DNA of 64,000 bases. It comes from an uncultured Eubacterium sp. (GTDB taxonomy: Bacteria > Bacillota > Clostridia > Lachnospirales > Lachnospiraceae). Position 1 is the first letter of the stretch; each line of letters begins with the position of its first letter. The position numbers and the translations under genes were made by a program. Under the pieces are notes generated by a model that was not told where the DNA came from, did no database searches, and was given only the letters and a program-made list of their open reading frames with translations. Shown one piece after another: positions 20,674 through 31,009 of the stretch. The stretch covers positions 11,770 to 75,769 of the forward strand of contig CAUCXT010000004.1 in NCBI GenBank assembly GCA_958446835.1, written 5' to 3'.

Positions 20674-21801
20674 TTATTCTGTTGCAAATATTATATCCTG
20701 AAGTTTCTGATTGGTTGCTTCATAATCAGGAAGCAGGTTTCCGTTTATCGACTCATACATATTGTCAAACGGAACTCTGTACTGCTCAACGTCATATCCT
20801 AAATATGTCACAGCGTCTGCAACCATTCCAAGTATCTCACTCTCAGACATATTGGTATATACCTTAGGCAGGATAGAATTTGCAAGGGAATTCAACTGTG
20901 TAACACTCATCTTCTTAGCCTTAACAATAATCTGCTCTATTACAGCTCTCTGTCTGCCGGTTCTGTTAAAGTCCGAACCTGCGGTCTGTCTTTCTCTTGA
21001 ATATCCTACAGCCTGAACACCATTAAGGATAAGGTCTCCGCCACCGCTAAGTACATTGGCTGTCTCCCAATCCGGTACTCTTCTGTCGAAATCCATATCG
21101 CGGATATAGTTGTTAGCTGCCTCAGCCTCAGCATCGGTAAGAGTCATCGGAATACCACCGAGAATATCTATTATGTCAATAAGACTATAGAAATCTACGA
21201 GTATGTAATCATCAACCTTTATCTTGAAGTTACCTTCAATAATATCAAGCAGGAATTCCGGTCCACCAACAGCATTCGCTCTGTTAATCTTATCATAGCC
21301 ATCTTTGAGCTTGCTGTTCTTAGCTTTTAGCGCATCAGTATACTGAATATACGCTGCCGTATCTCTCATAACCGATGTCAGATAAACCTTATGTGTCTTA
21401 GAGTTAAACGATACGAGAATAATCGCATCTGAATTGCCCGGATTGTACAGGATGTTCTCAAAATGTCTGTTATCGACGCCTATAAGAACAATATTCTTAA
21501 CATAATCCTTCTCAAGTCCTTCACCATCACCGAAATTCTCGGCACCAGAGCTGTTAATCTCATCCGACATTGTAGCATCAGATATTATATTTCCATCATC
21601 ATCAGTCTGCACTTCATCGGTGTTGCTTGTTATATTGTTCCAATCATCCGGATTAACCTTATTGATTTTTCCTATGTAGCTCTTTAATACAAGGTACACG
21701 CACAATACTATAATAAGAATAAGTGCAAGTATTGAACATGTTGCAATTATTGCAATATTTTTGCTGTTAGATTTTTTCTTCTTTTTGTTGTTTGTTGCCA
21801 T
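20674..21801 (-). CDS. LCP (LytR-CpsA-Psr) family glycopolymer phosphotransferase, second paralog
   Basis: Lys-rich N-terminus, TM anchor, LCP domain (IVLIGVDNRHFENILYNPGNSDAIILVSFNSKTHKVYLTSVMRDT). Confidence 0.8.
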   Translation of the reverse strand: MATNNKKKKKSNSKNIAIIATCSILALILIIVLCVYLVLKSYIGKINKVNPDDWNNITSNTDEVQTDDDGNIISDATMSDEINSSGAENFGDGEGLEKDYVKNIVLIGVDNRHFENILYNPGNSDAIILVSFNSKTHKVYLTSVMRDTAAYIQYTDALKAKNSKLKDGYDKINRANAVGGPEFLLDIIEGNFKIKVDDYILVDFYSLIDIIDILGGIPMTLTDAEAEAANNYIRDMDFDRRVPDWETANVLSGGGDLILNGVQAVGYSRERQTAGSDFNRTGRQRAVIEQIIVKAKKMSVTQLNSLANSILPKVYTNMSESEILGMVADAVTYLGYDVEQYRVPFDNMYESINGNLLPDYEATNQKLQDIIFATE

Positions 21802-21824
21802 TTTCCCTTATTTTCCTCTCTTTT

Positions 21825-23249
21825 TTATCTTGAACCATCCTTCTTAAATACAACCAGAACGGTTTTAAACAGTATCTTAATGTCCAACGCGATTGACCAG
21901 TTGTCAATATACTCTAAATCAAGCTTGACAACCTCCTCAAAGTCCTCAATATTGCTTCTACCGCTCACCTGCCATAAGCCTGTTATGCCCGGCTTGATAC
22001 TGAGTCTTCTCTTATGATATCCGGCATACTGCATGAACTCATCGACCGTAGGCGGTCTGGTTCCTACCAGACTCATATCTCCCTTCAGCACATTAAAAAA
22101 CTGCGGAAGCTCATCTATACTTGTAGCTCGTATGAACTTACCTACTTTGGTAATACGTGGGTCATCTGTCATCTTAAACATAAGACCCTTCATTTCATTC
22201 TGCTCCATAAGTGCCTTCTTGCGTTCCTCAGCATCCTTATACATTGAGCGGAACTTATACATGTAAAAGTACCTTCCGTTCTTTCCCACTCTCTTCTGCT
22301 TAAAGAAGAGCGGTCCCGGAGATTCAATCAGTATAGCCGGTGCAACAAATATTGTAACAACCGCCGTAATCAGAAGACCGACTATCGCTCCAACTATATC
22401 TATAGCTCTCTTTATGAGCATCTTGTTCTCTTCAAATGTCTTTGCGCAGAACGAAATCACAGGGAATGAGCCGTACATGGTAACCTGCTTGTCAAACCCT
22501 TCGAATTTCTCAAGAATATTGATATTGAGATATACGGTAATTCCCATTCTCTCAAACTCCATTATAAAATCCTTGAGAGAGTTCCCTGTCACATACGATA
22601 CGTTAATATATACCTCATCGACAATATTGACCTTCGCATATTCAAGGGCATCATCATACGTTGCAACTACAGGAACACCTGCAATCTCCTTACCCTTTAA
22701 ATCATTATCGATAATTGCAATACCCTTAATGCGCCTTGTAAATTTCTCATCGCTGTCTTTAAGCTGCTTTATAATTCCCTCTGCCCTGTCGGTAGTTGTG
22801 ACCAGATATACATGCGTGACATTTCTCTTCTTATTATACCACCATCTGAGATACGCCTTGTATATGCAGTGAATGGCATACATCAGTACAACATTCATAC
22901 CCAGTGCGCCGAACAGCCCTCGTCTTGCCATAGTAGCGGTTGCCCTGCTTCCAAAGAGGAGAAGCAGTATAACCATCGCAAAAAGAAGATTCATCTTGAT
23001 AACATACAGAAGCTCTTCGAAATATCCTCTTTTCTGAAAATCCTGATTCTGATTAAAAAATATAAATACAATCGAATAAGCCAGAAAGATTGGTCCTAAT
23101 AGATCTAAGATAACCTCATAGCTCATATATATCTGTTTATCAAAAAAGTGCAAATTAAGGAAATCAATACTGAAAAAGCATATAAGTAAACTCACTAAAT
23201 CAAGCAAAAGCAATGCCATATTGATTCCACTATGCTTATTACGATTCAT
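21825..23249 (-). CDS. Polyprenyl-phosphate hexose-1-phosphate transferase (priming phosphoglycosyl transferase, WbaP/CpsE-like)
   Basis: 474 aa. 4-5 N-terminal TM helices. C-terminal bacterial sugar-transferase domain (KRAIDIVGAIVGLL...PGPLFFKQKRVGKNGRYFYMYKFRSM...PRITKVGKFIRATSIDELPQFFNVLKGDMSLVGTRPP). Start could also be the downstream ATG at MALLLLDL. Confidence 0.85.
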   Translation of the reverse strand: MNRNKHSGINMALLLLDLVSLLICFFSIDFLNLHFFDKQIYMSYEVILDLLGPIFLAYSIVFIFFNQNQDFQKRGYFEELLYVIKMNLLFAMVILLLLFGSRATATMARRGLFGALGMNVVLMYAIHCIYKAYLRWWYNKKRNVTHVYLVTTTDRAEGIIKQLKDSDEKFTRRIKGIAIIDNDLKGKEIAGVPVVATYDDALEYAKVNIVDEVYINVSYVTGNSLKDFIMEFERMGITVYLNINILEKFEGFDKQVTMYGSFPVISFCAKTFEENKMLIKRAIDIVGAIVGLLITAVVTIFVAPAILIESPGPLFFKQKRVGKNGRYFYMYKFRSMYKDAEERKKALMEQNEMKGLMFKMTDDPRITKVGKFIRATSIDELPQFFNVLKGDMSLVGTRPPTVDEFMQYAGYHKRRLSIKPGITGLWQVSGRSNIEDFEEVVKLDLEYIDNWSIALDIKILFKTVLVVFKKDGSR

Positions 23250-23296
23250 ATATTCTACGACCTGTCTACCTTTTAATTATACATTATTGTTTTATT

Positions 23297-24166
23297 CTAC
23301 AACATTTTTCTCAATACTTCAATGACAAATTTCTCAAAAAGTGAAAAGCCGCCACATAAATGCAGTATTAACATCATAAAACCATTTGCATTATTATATT
23401 CCTTCTGATAATAATACTTAGACTTAAGCACCGCTTTCCATATACGGATATTCTTCATCGAACGCCTTATGGAAACGGAATGGTTGTGAAGGTACGTTAC
23501 CCCTGTCAACAGACCGGTTTTATATCCTGCATTTTGCAATTTTTTCGCAAGAATAAGCTCTTCATAGTAGAGGAATATGTTCTCGTCAAGTCCACCTATC
23601 TGTTCGAACACCTTCGCCGTTATTGCAAAAAAAGACCCCTGCACGACTTCAACATTCATCAATGGCACTGTGTAATCCACCTTATATGTTCTCTTTTCAT
23701 ACACAAGACGCCGTACCGTAAGGAAGCAATCGCCTAAATCATGCGCATACGAATATAGGTTCCTGTAAGGTGCCGGATCTACGTTACCATCGGGGCGCAT
23801 CATAACACCTGTCAACACGCCATAGCCGGGATTTTCCTTGAAGCACTGTATAATATTTTCAATAAGGCTTTCCTCAAAAAGCACATCCGGATTTGCTATA
23901 AAAATAATATCCGTACCATATTGGTCCATCAAATATCTCGCTCCAAAATTATTTCCATACGAATACCCTCCATTTTTCCCTGAGGATATAACTGAAACCT
24001 TTTTGTTATCCGAGTATTTTTCGCCAAGAAGCTTTAATGAGCCATCCGTTGAGCAGTTATCAACTACTGCAATATGCCCTATCAGACTGTAGTCAATGAT
24101 ACTGTCCACAAGCTTTTGTGTTGACTCAGCATCATTATAATTAAGTATAACTATTCCTGTATTCAT
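23297..24166 (-). CDS. Glycosyltransferase family 2
   Basis: ORF 23297..24220 trimmed to ATG 24166 (MNTGIVILNYNDAESTQ) with AGGAAA RBS. GT-A fold with DNCSTDGS and DxD-like region. The trimmed start lies 6 nt downstream of the upstream GT4 stop. Confidence 0.75.
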   Translation of the reverse strand: MNTGIVILNYNDAESTQKLVDSIIDYSLIGHIAVVDNCSTDGSLKLLGEKYSDNKKVSVISSGKNGGYSYGNNFGARYLMDQYGTDIIFIANPDVLFEESLIENIIQCFKENPGYGVLTGVMMRPDGNVDPAPYRNLYSYAHDLGDCFLTVRRLVYEKRTYKVDYTVPLMNVEVVQGSFFAITAKVFEQIGGLDENIFLYYEELILAKKLQNAGYKTGLLTGVTYLHNHSVSIRRSMKNIRIWKAVLKSKYYYQKEYNNANGFMMLILHLCGGFSLFEKFVIEVLRKML

Positions 24167-24174
24167 AGCATTTC

Positions 24175-25293
24175 CTATTCTGTCAGATAGCCAAGTGTCT
24201 CCCTGGCACATTTTTCCCACGAAAACCTATCGCGCTGCTTTTTGTCATTATATGCAATAGTCTCCTTTTCTGCATCAGACAATCCTGCACATTTTTTTAG
24301 AAGTGCTGCCATGTCATCAGCATCCTTAGGTTCTTTTACATACATGACCGCATCCTGTCCAACCTCAGGCAGCGATGAAACATTGGTAGTAATTATCGGA
24401 AGCCCATAGTTCATCGCCTCAAGGAGAGGTATTCCGAATCCCTCATATAATGACGGATACACAAAAGCCTCCGCGCCTTCGAACAGACATTGTTTTTCCT
24501 TCTGTGAAATAAATCCGGTCATTATAATGTTAGCTTTATATTCACTGTTTTCAATAAGTCTTAGAACGCTCTCATACTTCCAGCCCAAGCCGCCTGCAAG
24601 TACCATATAATACTGCTCTCCTGCCCCACTTTGACCCGCCATAAATATGTCAAATGCCTTGATTATTGTCTCAACATTTTTTCTCGGCTCAATCGTGCTT
24701 ACATACAAAAAGTATCTGCCGGCTATTTTAAATTTATTTTTAACTTCTTCTATCTCTTTCTTATCTGCCTGCTCCGGTCTGTCCGTCCCTGCCAGATAGG
24801 TACATGCTATTCTTGCAGATTCTATGCCGAAAATGTCAATGATGTCATACTTGGTGGCTTCTGAAATCGCAAGTATTCTGTCGGCTTTTTTGCACGAACC
24901 TTTGACAAAAAATTTCTGGATAATCGTATTATAGCGGCTTCCTATATTCTTAATGCGGAACTGTGCAAGGTCGCATATTGTAAGAACATATCGCACATTT
25001 TCATGTTTTCCCCACGGAAGTACATGTTGTGTTCCCCAGAACACATCTATCCCATACTGTTTTATCAGTGCTTTCCCTCGATATGACAGCCACAATGTCC
25101 CTACAGGAAAATTTTCCACCACCGTGTGCCAGTTATGCTTTAATTCAAAGTCAACAATTATGTCTTTGTTTGAAAAAAGATAATACTCGTTTTCCGAATC
25201 GTTATCATTCAAATATTTGACAATATTATATACATAAGTACCAATGCCTGCCCTCTGTTTTTTTAAAGGTCTTGCATCTATTCCGATTTTCAT
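24175..25293 (-). CDS. Glycosyltransferase family 4 (GT-B)
   Basis: MKIGIDARPL N-terminus. C-terminal EGFGIPLLEAM motif. 372 aa. Start overlaps the upstream Wzy-like stop (ATGA). Confidence 0.8.
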   Translation of the reverse strand: MKIGIDARPLKKQRAGIGTYVYNIVKYLNDNDSENEYYLFSNKDIIVDFELKHNWHTVVENFPVGTLWLSYRGKALIKQYGIDVFWGTQHVLPWGKHENVRYVLTICDLAQFRIKNIGSRYNTIIQKFFVKGSCKKADRILAISEATKYDIIDIFGIESARIACTYLAGTDRPEQADKKEIEEVKNKFKIAGRYFLYVSTIEPRKNVETIIKAFDIFMAGQSGAGEQYYMVLAGGLGWKYESVLRLIENSEYKANIIMTGFISQKEKQCLFEGAEAFVYPSLYEGFGIPLLEAMNYGLPIITTNVSSLPEVGQDAVMYVKEPKDADDMAALLKKCAGLSDAEKETIAYNDKKQRDRFSWEKCARETLGYLTE

Positions 25294-26618
25294 TTTCTGT
25301 CTTCCTCCATAAAAAGGCTCATTTTATATCCAAGAGCAAGCACCATCCATAGATTTATTGCTGTAGGTGGCAGCCACAACGCTCCTTCCACAAACGCAAT
25401 AATTATATATACTACAACTCCATGTGTGATTCCTTTTAAAATCCTGGATTCTTTTATATGCTTTCCTATATATTTAATCAGAATAAACATAATCGGTCCA
25501 AGAAATGCAATCAGACCTGCAATTCCGCCAATCATCAATATACAGAAATATGCCATCTCATAGCTGCTTCCCCAATATGATGTAAGACCGTATGGGCCTG
25601 TAAGTATCCATTCCGTCTTGACGATGAAATAGTTAATAAGTTCATTCATAGACTGCGAACGCCCGGAGAGATCATTGATATTCTTGAAGGTGAACGAATC
25701 CTTAAAGCGTTCCATAATCTGCGGAAACATTCCGAGGAAAATAGCCGCAACCACAGGTATCATAGCAATTACAAGGCAGGCAAACTGCACCTTGCGGCCA
25801 TCTGCCCACTTCCTGTTAACAATAACAATACCCTTTATAAAAAGATAAATAAAAATTCCAACCCAGCATGTCTTAGACCCTGTTAATATACAGAAAAGTA
25901 TAAAGACAAGCATATAGATATTGCGCCACGTCTTATTCTCTATGCTTTCATATATCATCGGACAAAAAAGCAATATATTGACACCCAGCAGATTTCCGTT
26001 CTGGTATGTTGACACAGTCTTAGAATATGTGACCCCCTCCTGAACACCATTATACTTCTCGGCATACCAGTTGGTACTCGAAATATAATCTGTGTAATTT
26101 ACGGTAAGTCCTGGAATAGAGAATCTTTCTATCCCGAATGCCGCCTGCAAAAAGCCAAAAGCAAATACTATTACTGTTCCCCATAAAAGCATACGGATTA
26201 TAAAATCAATCTGCTTTTGTTCCGTTATAAAGTAATTCATTACTATAAAAGTAAAGGGATATATAACCAACGGGACAAAAAAACCTACCCAGTCCGACAG
26301 TCCAGCTCTGCCTCCCACCATGGTGAACATGAATCTTATGAGCCAGTATATACAGCCTAAAATGACATACTTCTCCGCTGTGGAAAATACAAAGCATCTC
26401 TTCCAGATAACGTAAAAAAACCACATCATGATTGTGAGCATCAAAAACACATTTCCTACGGTAAGAGGTATCCCACCCAGCTTGATACCCGCCTTAGGAA
26501 ATGTCACATTGATGAAAATCATTATAAAGAGAAGCACACAGCTCACCTTATAAAATATTGACTTTTCATATAATGTCCTTCCGGTTCTCTGCCGGAAGCT
26601 GTTCATATCTTTTAACAT
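25290..26618 (-). CDS. O-antigen ligase/polymerase-like membrane protein (Wzy_C family)
   Basis: 442 aa, 10-12 TM helices. Large loop near the C-terminal third is typical of Wzy/WaaL-type proteins. Sits inside the glycosyltransferase operon. Confidence 0.55.
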   Translation of the reverse strand: MLKDMNSFRQRTGRTLYEKSIFYKVSCVLLFIMIFINVTFPKAGIKLGGIPLTVGNVFLMLTIMMWFFYVIWKRCFVFSTAEKYVILGCIYWLIRFMFTMVGGRAGLSDWVGFFVPLVIYPFTFIVMNYFITEQKQIDFIIRMLLWGTVIVFAFGFLQAAFGIERFSIPGLTVNYTDYISSTNWYAEKYNGVQEGVTYSKTVSTYQNGNLLGVNILLFCPMIYESIENKTWRNIYMLVFILFCILTGSKTCWVGIFIYLFIKGIVIVNRKWADGRKVQFACLVIAMIPVVAAIFLGMFPQIMERFKDSFTFKNINDLSGRSQSMNELINYFIVKTEWILTGPYGLTSYWGSSYEMAYFCILMIGGIAGLIAFLGPIMFILIKYIGKHIKESRILKGITHGVVVYIIIAFVEGALWLPPTAINLWMVLALGYKMSLFMEEDRK

Positions 26619-26625
26619 ATTGTCA

Positions 26626-27705
26626 TTAACCCTTTATTTTTTCAAAAACAGCCTTGGTAGTCTCAACGATTTTATCAGGCGTAAACATAGCCGCACGCCT
26701 GTATCCCCTCTCAATCAGTTTTTCTGCCAGACTGCTGTCACTGAGCACCTTTTCCATTGCTTCCCTTATCTGGTTCACATCATAGGGATCGAACATATAA
26801 GCCGCATCACCCACAACCTCAGGAAGAGATGAATTATCGGAACATACTACCGGCGTTCCACATGCCATCGCCTCAAGCGGAGGTATTCCAAAGCCTTCAT
26901 ACAACGATGGAAAGACGAACAAATCAGCAAGGTTGTAAAAATCAACCAGTTCATCGTCCACAATTATCCCTGTCTTTACAACGCTGTCCTCAATGCCCAG
27001 CTTCTTAATTTCAGGTGTAAGGTCTTCACTGTCAAATGCCTTACCGACAAGGACAAGACATGTATTCTCCCTGTCCTTCATAGCAGAATACGCCTCTAAC
27101 AGCTTAGGAAGATTCTTGTGTGGTTTCAGATTACCCACATACATAATAACCTTTTTATCCCTCGGAAGATTGTATTTATCAATAAGATACTCAACATCTT
27201 CCCTCTGCCTGTGAATGAATCTGTTATCCACCGCATTATATACAACAGATATTTTTTCTTCCGGTACCCTGTAGAAACGCAATATGTCCTTTTTGGAGTT
27301 TTCCGATACCGTGAACACCACTTCAGCCTTATGTACTGCATAGCCTATAAGAAACTTTGCATATAAATATGCCAGCTTATTAGGCAGAAATTGAGGAAGT
27401 ACAAGATGTGTCAGATCATGAACTGTCACTGCAAGTCTTCCCCTGTAAAATACCGGAACATTGTAATGCGGAACATGCAGCAGATCAACGCCGCTCTTTT
27501 TTAACTCCTTAAAAGGAAAATGAAGCTGTTCACCTGCGCCATATATTTTTTCATCATAATTGATAACCTGTACACTCTCATCACATTTCAGAATGTCCTT
27601 ATCATCACCGAGTGCAACATCATATATTCCATGTCCCATAAGAGTCTTAATGTAAGTTCCTATGCCTGACATCTGAATCATGCGGGCATCAATCGCGATT
27701 TTCAT
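26626..27705 (-). CDS. Glycosyltransferase family 4
   Basis: ORF trimmed to ATG 27705 ([18 protein letters not shown]). Overlaps the upstream stop by ATGA. C-terminal [18 protein letters not shown]. Confidence 0.8.
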   Translation of the reverse strand: MKIAIDARMIQMSGIGTYIKTLMGHGIYDVALGDDKDILKCDESVQVINYDEKIYGAGEQLHFPFKELKKSGVDLLHVPHYNVPVFYRGRLAVTVHDLTHLVLPQFLPNKLAYLYAKFLIGYAVHKAEVVFTVSENSKKDILRFYRVPEEKISVVYNAVDNRFIHRQREDVEYLIDKYNLPRDKKVIMYVGNLKPHKNLPKLLEAYSAMKDRENTCLVLVGKAFDSEDLTPEIKKLGIEDSVVKTGIIVDDELVDFYNLADLFVFPSLYEGFGIPPLEAMACGTPVVCSDNSSLPEVVGDAAYMFDPYDVNQIREAMEKVLSDSSLAEKLIERGYRRAAMFTPDKIVETTKAVFEKIKG

Positions 27706-27706
27706 A

Positions 27707-28813
27707 TTATTCCTGTACTCCGTTTCTCTCATTATATTTTTCTTCGACAAACGCCTTTATTCTTGCCTTAAAAACTTCATCATCGAACTTCTCGGCATGT
27801 TCTCTGAGCTTATGCTTGTCAAAGGTCATAGTCTCAAATCTCTTGAGTGCATCTATAAGCGAATCTGTTGTCTGCTCTTTAAAAAAGGTTCCTGTAACTC
27901 CTTCAACAACTGTCTCTAAAGCTCCACCCTTTCCGTAAGCTATAACAGGTCTTCCGCTCGCCATCGCCTCAAGCGGTGTTATTCCGAAGTCCTCCTCGCC
28001 CGGAAAAAGGAATGCCCTGCAGCCTGCATAAAGTTCCTTGACATGTGCGTCATCAACCCTTCCAAGCAGTTCAACTGTAGGTCCTGCCATAGCCTTAAGG
28101 CGCTTATAGTCCGGTCCGTCACCTACAACCTTAAGATTAAGCCCAAGCTTATTGCACGCGTCAATCGCAATATCAACTCTCTTGTATTCCTGAAAACGAG
28201 ATACGACAAGGAAATAATCCCCATCATTTTCCGATATCTGAAAAAGCTTGCAGCGCACCGGAGGCGGTATCACTATAGCCTCGCGTCTGTAGTGCTTTCT
28301 GATACGCTTGGCAACATTTTCGGAATTGGCAATAAAATAGTCAACCCTGGCTGCACTTGCATAATCCCACACACGAATCCATGTAAGGAAATAATCCAAA
28401 AGCTTTCTCACAAGCTTTCCTTTGCCGGACATTTTCCCGGCATACTCATACGAGAACTCCCATGCATATCTCATAGGCGAATGGCAATAGCAGATATGAA
28501 TGGCATCAGGATGTGTGATAACTCCTTTCGCCACACTTGAACTGCTGCTAAGTACCATATCATATCCTGTAAGGTCAAATGACTCAATCGCAGTAGGCAT
28601 AAAAGGAAACAGCTTTCTATGATTGGTACATTCCTTCTTCTTCTGGAGATGTGAAGTTATAATATTGGCACTCTTAAGCGGCTCCTCCATCTTACTATGA
28701 TTACATATCAAAGTATATATGGGTGCCTCAGGATAAAGCTCGACAAAATCCGATAAAACTCTCTCCGCGCCTCCCATTGTCGGAAGCCAGTCATGCACTA
28801 ACGCAATCTTCAT
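27707..28813 (-). CDS. Glycosyltransferase family 4
   Basis: MKIALVHDWLPTMGGAERV N-terminus. EDFGITPLEAMASGRPVIA motif. 368 aa. Confidence 0.8.
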   Translation of the reverse strand: MKIALVHDWLPTMGGAERVLSDFVELYPEAPIYTLICNHSKMEEPLKSANIITSHLQKKKECTNHRKLFPFMPTAIESFDLTGYDMVLSSSSSVAKGVITHPDAIHICYCHSPMRYAWEFSYEYAGKMSGKGKLVRKLLDYFLTWIRVWDYASAARVDYFIANSENVAKRIRKHYRREAIVIPPPVRCKLFQISENDGDYFLVVSRFQEYKRVDIAIDACNKLGLNLKVVGDGPDYKRLKAMAGPTVELLGRVDDAHVKELYAGCRAFLFPGEEDFGITPLEAMASGRPVIAYGKGGALETVVEGVTGTFFKEQTTDSLIDALKRFETMTFDKHKLREHAEKFDDEVFKARIKAFVEEKYNERNGVQE

Positions 28814-28834
28814 TATATTCCACCTCAGTAATAA

Positions 28835-30100
28835 TTATTTGCAAAGTATATATCCTAAGATATTTCCATTCACAGTATTTACCCTTGCGAGGGCTGTCTT
28901 TATTGTATGAATCTCATCATATCCACCGTTCACCATAATGATGATTCCCTGTGCTGCTGCGATATCCCTTGATGTCTCTGCACACACTTCTATACCATCA
29001 ACACATGCAAACTTGACCTTATCTGTGGAAGCAGCCTCTGCAATTCGCTGCATAACATCTGCATTCTTCTGTCTGCCAACTGTTGTAAGCAGTACCTTAT
29101 CGACTCCGCTCTTCTCGCACATTGCACCTATAGATGCCGCTGTTATATTCTCTGAAAGCTGAACATTCTTCTTAAACTCTCCAAGGAATTCGCCTTCACC
29201 CTCGAAAAATCTCTCAAGCTCCTCCCTTGTGCGAACCTTTCTGTCACATATTGCAATAACGAAGATGATGAATAAACCTATCACGAAGCCCACGGCTCCC
29301 TTTATAATCGTAGACATCTTGAAAATATATGCAAACTGGAAATCAAACTTTTCAATCTGTCCTGTAACAATCTTATTGTACTCGGCATATTCGTCCATAG
29401 TAGCCTTTATGGAAGCATCATCAGGCTGAATATAAGTATAGAATCCGTTAACATACACTCTCAAAGTCACTGTCGGCTCTGAAGCAACATTGCATGTAAT
29501 ATATGGATATAACTTTTCCATCTCGCTTGCAATATATGAAGCCGCTGCCGCTGCACCTGTACGAATTCTTTCAATTCCACCGAGTCCTGTATATGACATA
29601 CTCATTGTCTTATCATTCAAAAGTGATATTGTAAAAGTATCATACTCATTATCAGTCGGTGTTCTCGGGCTGGTAACAAGCTCTGAATATCCTGCTTTTG
29701 TAAGTGCCGAATTGACAAAATCATAAAAGCCCTGAGATGTTGCGATAGAGCCTGCATAGCTCACAGCATTGGCATTGACGGTCTGATATATTGAAAAATC
29801 CGGTGTTCCCTCAACTCCGATACTCTCGTAATACTTCTCAACATTGATATTAAAAGAAATATCCACAAGACCGCAATGAATTCTGTCTGCTTCATTCTCA
29901 GCTATAGTAACCGGTGTCCTCTGAATCTTGCTCTCGTCATTCTCCGCTTCACTTATCTTAAGCGAGCTGCTGTATGTAGCTGCTCCGTATAACAGCATTA
30001 AAGCCATAAGCACTGCTGCAATCCACCAGTACTTCTTAAAATTATCCCATAAGCGGTCAAAGCTGACAAATACCATATCTTCTTTTTTATTATTTTCCAT
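28835..30100 (-). CDS. Polysaccharide chain-length determinant (Wzz/CpsC-like) fused to a degenerate BY-kinase-like C-terminal domain
   Basis: 421 aa. TM1 (WWIAAVLMALMLLYGAATY), ~230-aa extracytoplasmic domain, TM2 (IIKGAVGFVIGLFIIFVIAI), then a ~140-aa cytoplasmic tail ending IIIMVNGGYDEIHTIKTALARVNTVNGNILGYILCK. The tail resembles a BY-kinase C-terminus but has no Walker A GKS/T. Confidence 0.55.
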   Translation of the reverse strand: MENNKKEDMVFVSFDRLWDNFKKYWWIAAVLMALMLLYGAATYSSSLKISEAENDESKIQRTPVTIAENEADRIHCGLVDISFNINVEKYYESIGVEGTPDFSIYQTVNANAVSYAGSIATSQGFYDFVNSALTKAGYSELVTSPRTPTDNEYDTFTISLLNDKTMSMSYTGLGGIERIRTGAAAAASYIASEMEKLYPYITCNVASEPTVTLRVYVNGFYTYIQPDDASIKATMDEYAEYNKIVTGQIEKFDFQFAYIFKMSTIIKGAVGFVIGLFIIFVIAICDRKVRTREELERFFEGEGEFLGEFKKNVQLSENITAASIGAMCEKSGVDKVLLTTVGRQKNADVMQRIAEAASTDKVKFACVDGIEVCAETSRDIAAAQGIIIMVNGGYDEIHTIKTALARVNTVNGNILGYILCK

Positions 30101-30184
30101 GCCAAATCTCCTTATTATTATCTTACTCTCAACACACAGCTGTCTTATTAGCTGTGTATCTAATTAATTATAACATAGTTTTAA

Positions 30185-31009
30185 TTACTTTCCAACAAAA
30201 ATCTTAATATATGGTGTTATTGAGCGTACACACGCCGTCATAAATCCAAAGTTTCTGTTAAGATAATGAAACCAGTCCTTAAAAGGAAGACCCTTAAAAG
30301 ACTCTTTTAATTTAATTCTTTTAACGATTCCGAGGCTCCTGTCCTGCCAGCTTCCTTCTATAGGATTGTCATTGCACACTCCGACATACTCCGGCATAAC
30401 ATATATATCATTACCTCCGTGCGATATTCTGAAGCCCAGATCGAAATCACCCATGCTGTGCTTATAGTATGGGTCGACATTTTTTACAAGCTTCATTATC
30501 CCCATCGGTATCAACGTACAGTTGGCATTAAATGTCGTACACTTCACATCCGAGCCGTCAACGCCTATCATACTATAGCTTATGCCCTTCCCATACAGTA
30601 TTCCGCCATACGAAAAGTTTCCCGATGAATCACATGTCGGTCCTACAATGACGCTTCCTGCCCTATCCGGTTTTTTAGAATAATCTACCAGTCTGTCAAC
30701 CACACCCGGAACGAAGTCCACATCGTCATTTACCAACAGCATATAGTCATACATATCCGCATTTTTCATTCCGATTTCAATTCCGCGGTGCATCCCGCCG
30801 TTCCAGAACAAAGTCGGCTCCGCATGGACAAGCTCAACATCCTCATATCCTGCTTTTTCAATTTCTTCACAGGTTTCGTCGGTGCTTCCGGCATCCACCA
30901 CTATATAATGGTATTTATTATTGTTATTGCCGTCATGCAGCTTTTCAAGACATCTGGTGGTCTTTTCTCTTCTGTTGTGGCAGGTCATTACAACAACTAT
31001 TTTTGACAT
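30185..31009 (-). CDS. Glycosyltransferase family 2
   Basis: MSKIVVVMTCHNRREKT...YIVVDAGSTDET (GT-A fold, DxD region LLVNDDVDF). 274 aa. Confidence 0.7.
   Translation of the reverse strand: MSKIVVVMTCHNRREKTTRCLEKLHDGNNNNKYHYIVVDAGSTDETCEEIEKAGYEDVELVHAEPTLFWNGGMHRGIEIGMKNADMYDYMLLVNDDVDFVPGVVDRLVDYSKKPDRAGSVIVGPTCDSSGNFSYGGILYGKGISYSMIGVDGSDVKCTTFNANCTLIPMGIMKLVKNVDPYYKHSMGDFDLGFRISHGGNDIYVMPEYVGVCNDNPIEGSWQDRSLGIVKRIKLKESFKGLPFKDWFHYLNRNFGFMTACVRSITPYIKIFVGK

Noticed and set aside
30138-30161. Hairpin ACACAGCT-N8-AGCTGTGT between the Wzz and GT2 genes as an internal operon terminator
   Set aside because: 8-bp stem with no U tract on the minus-strand RNA. Likely incidental. Left uncalled.
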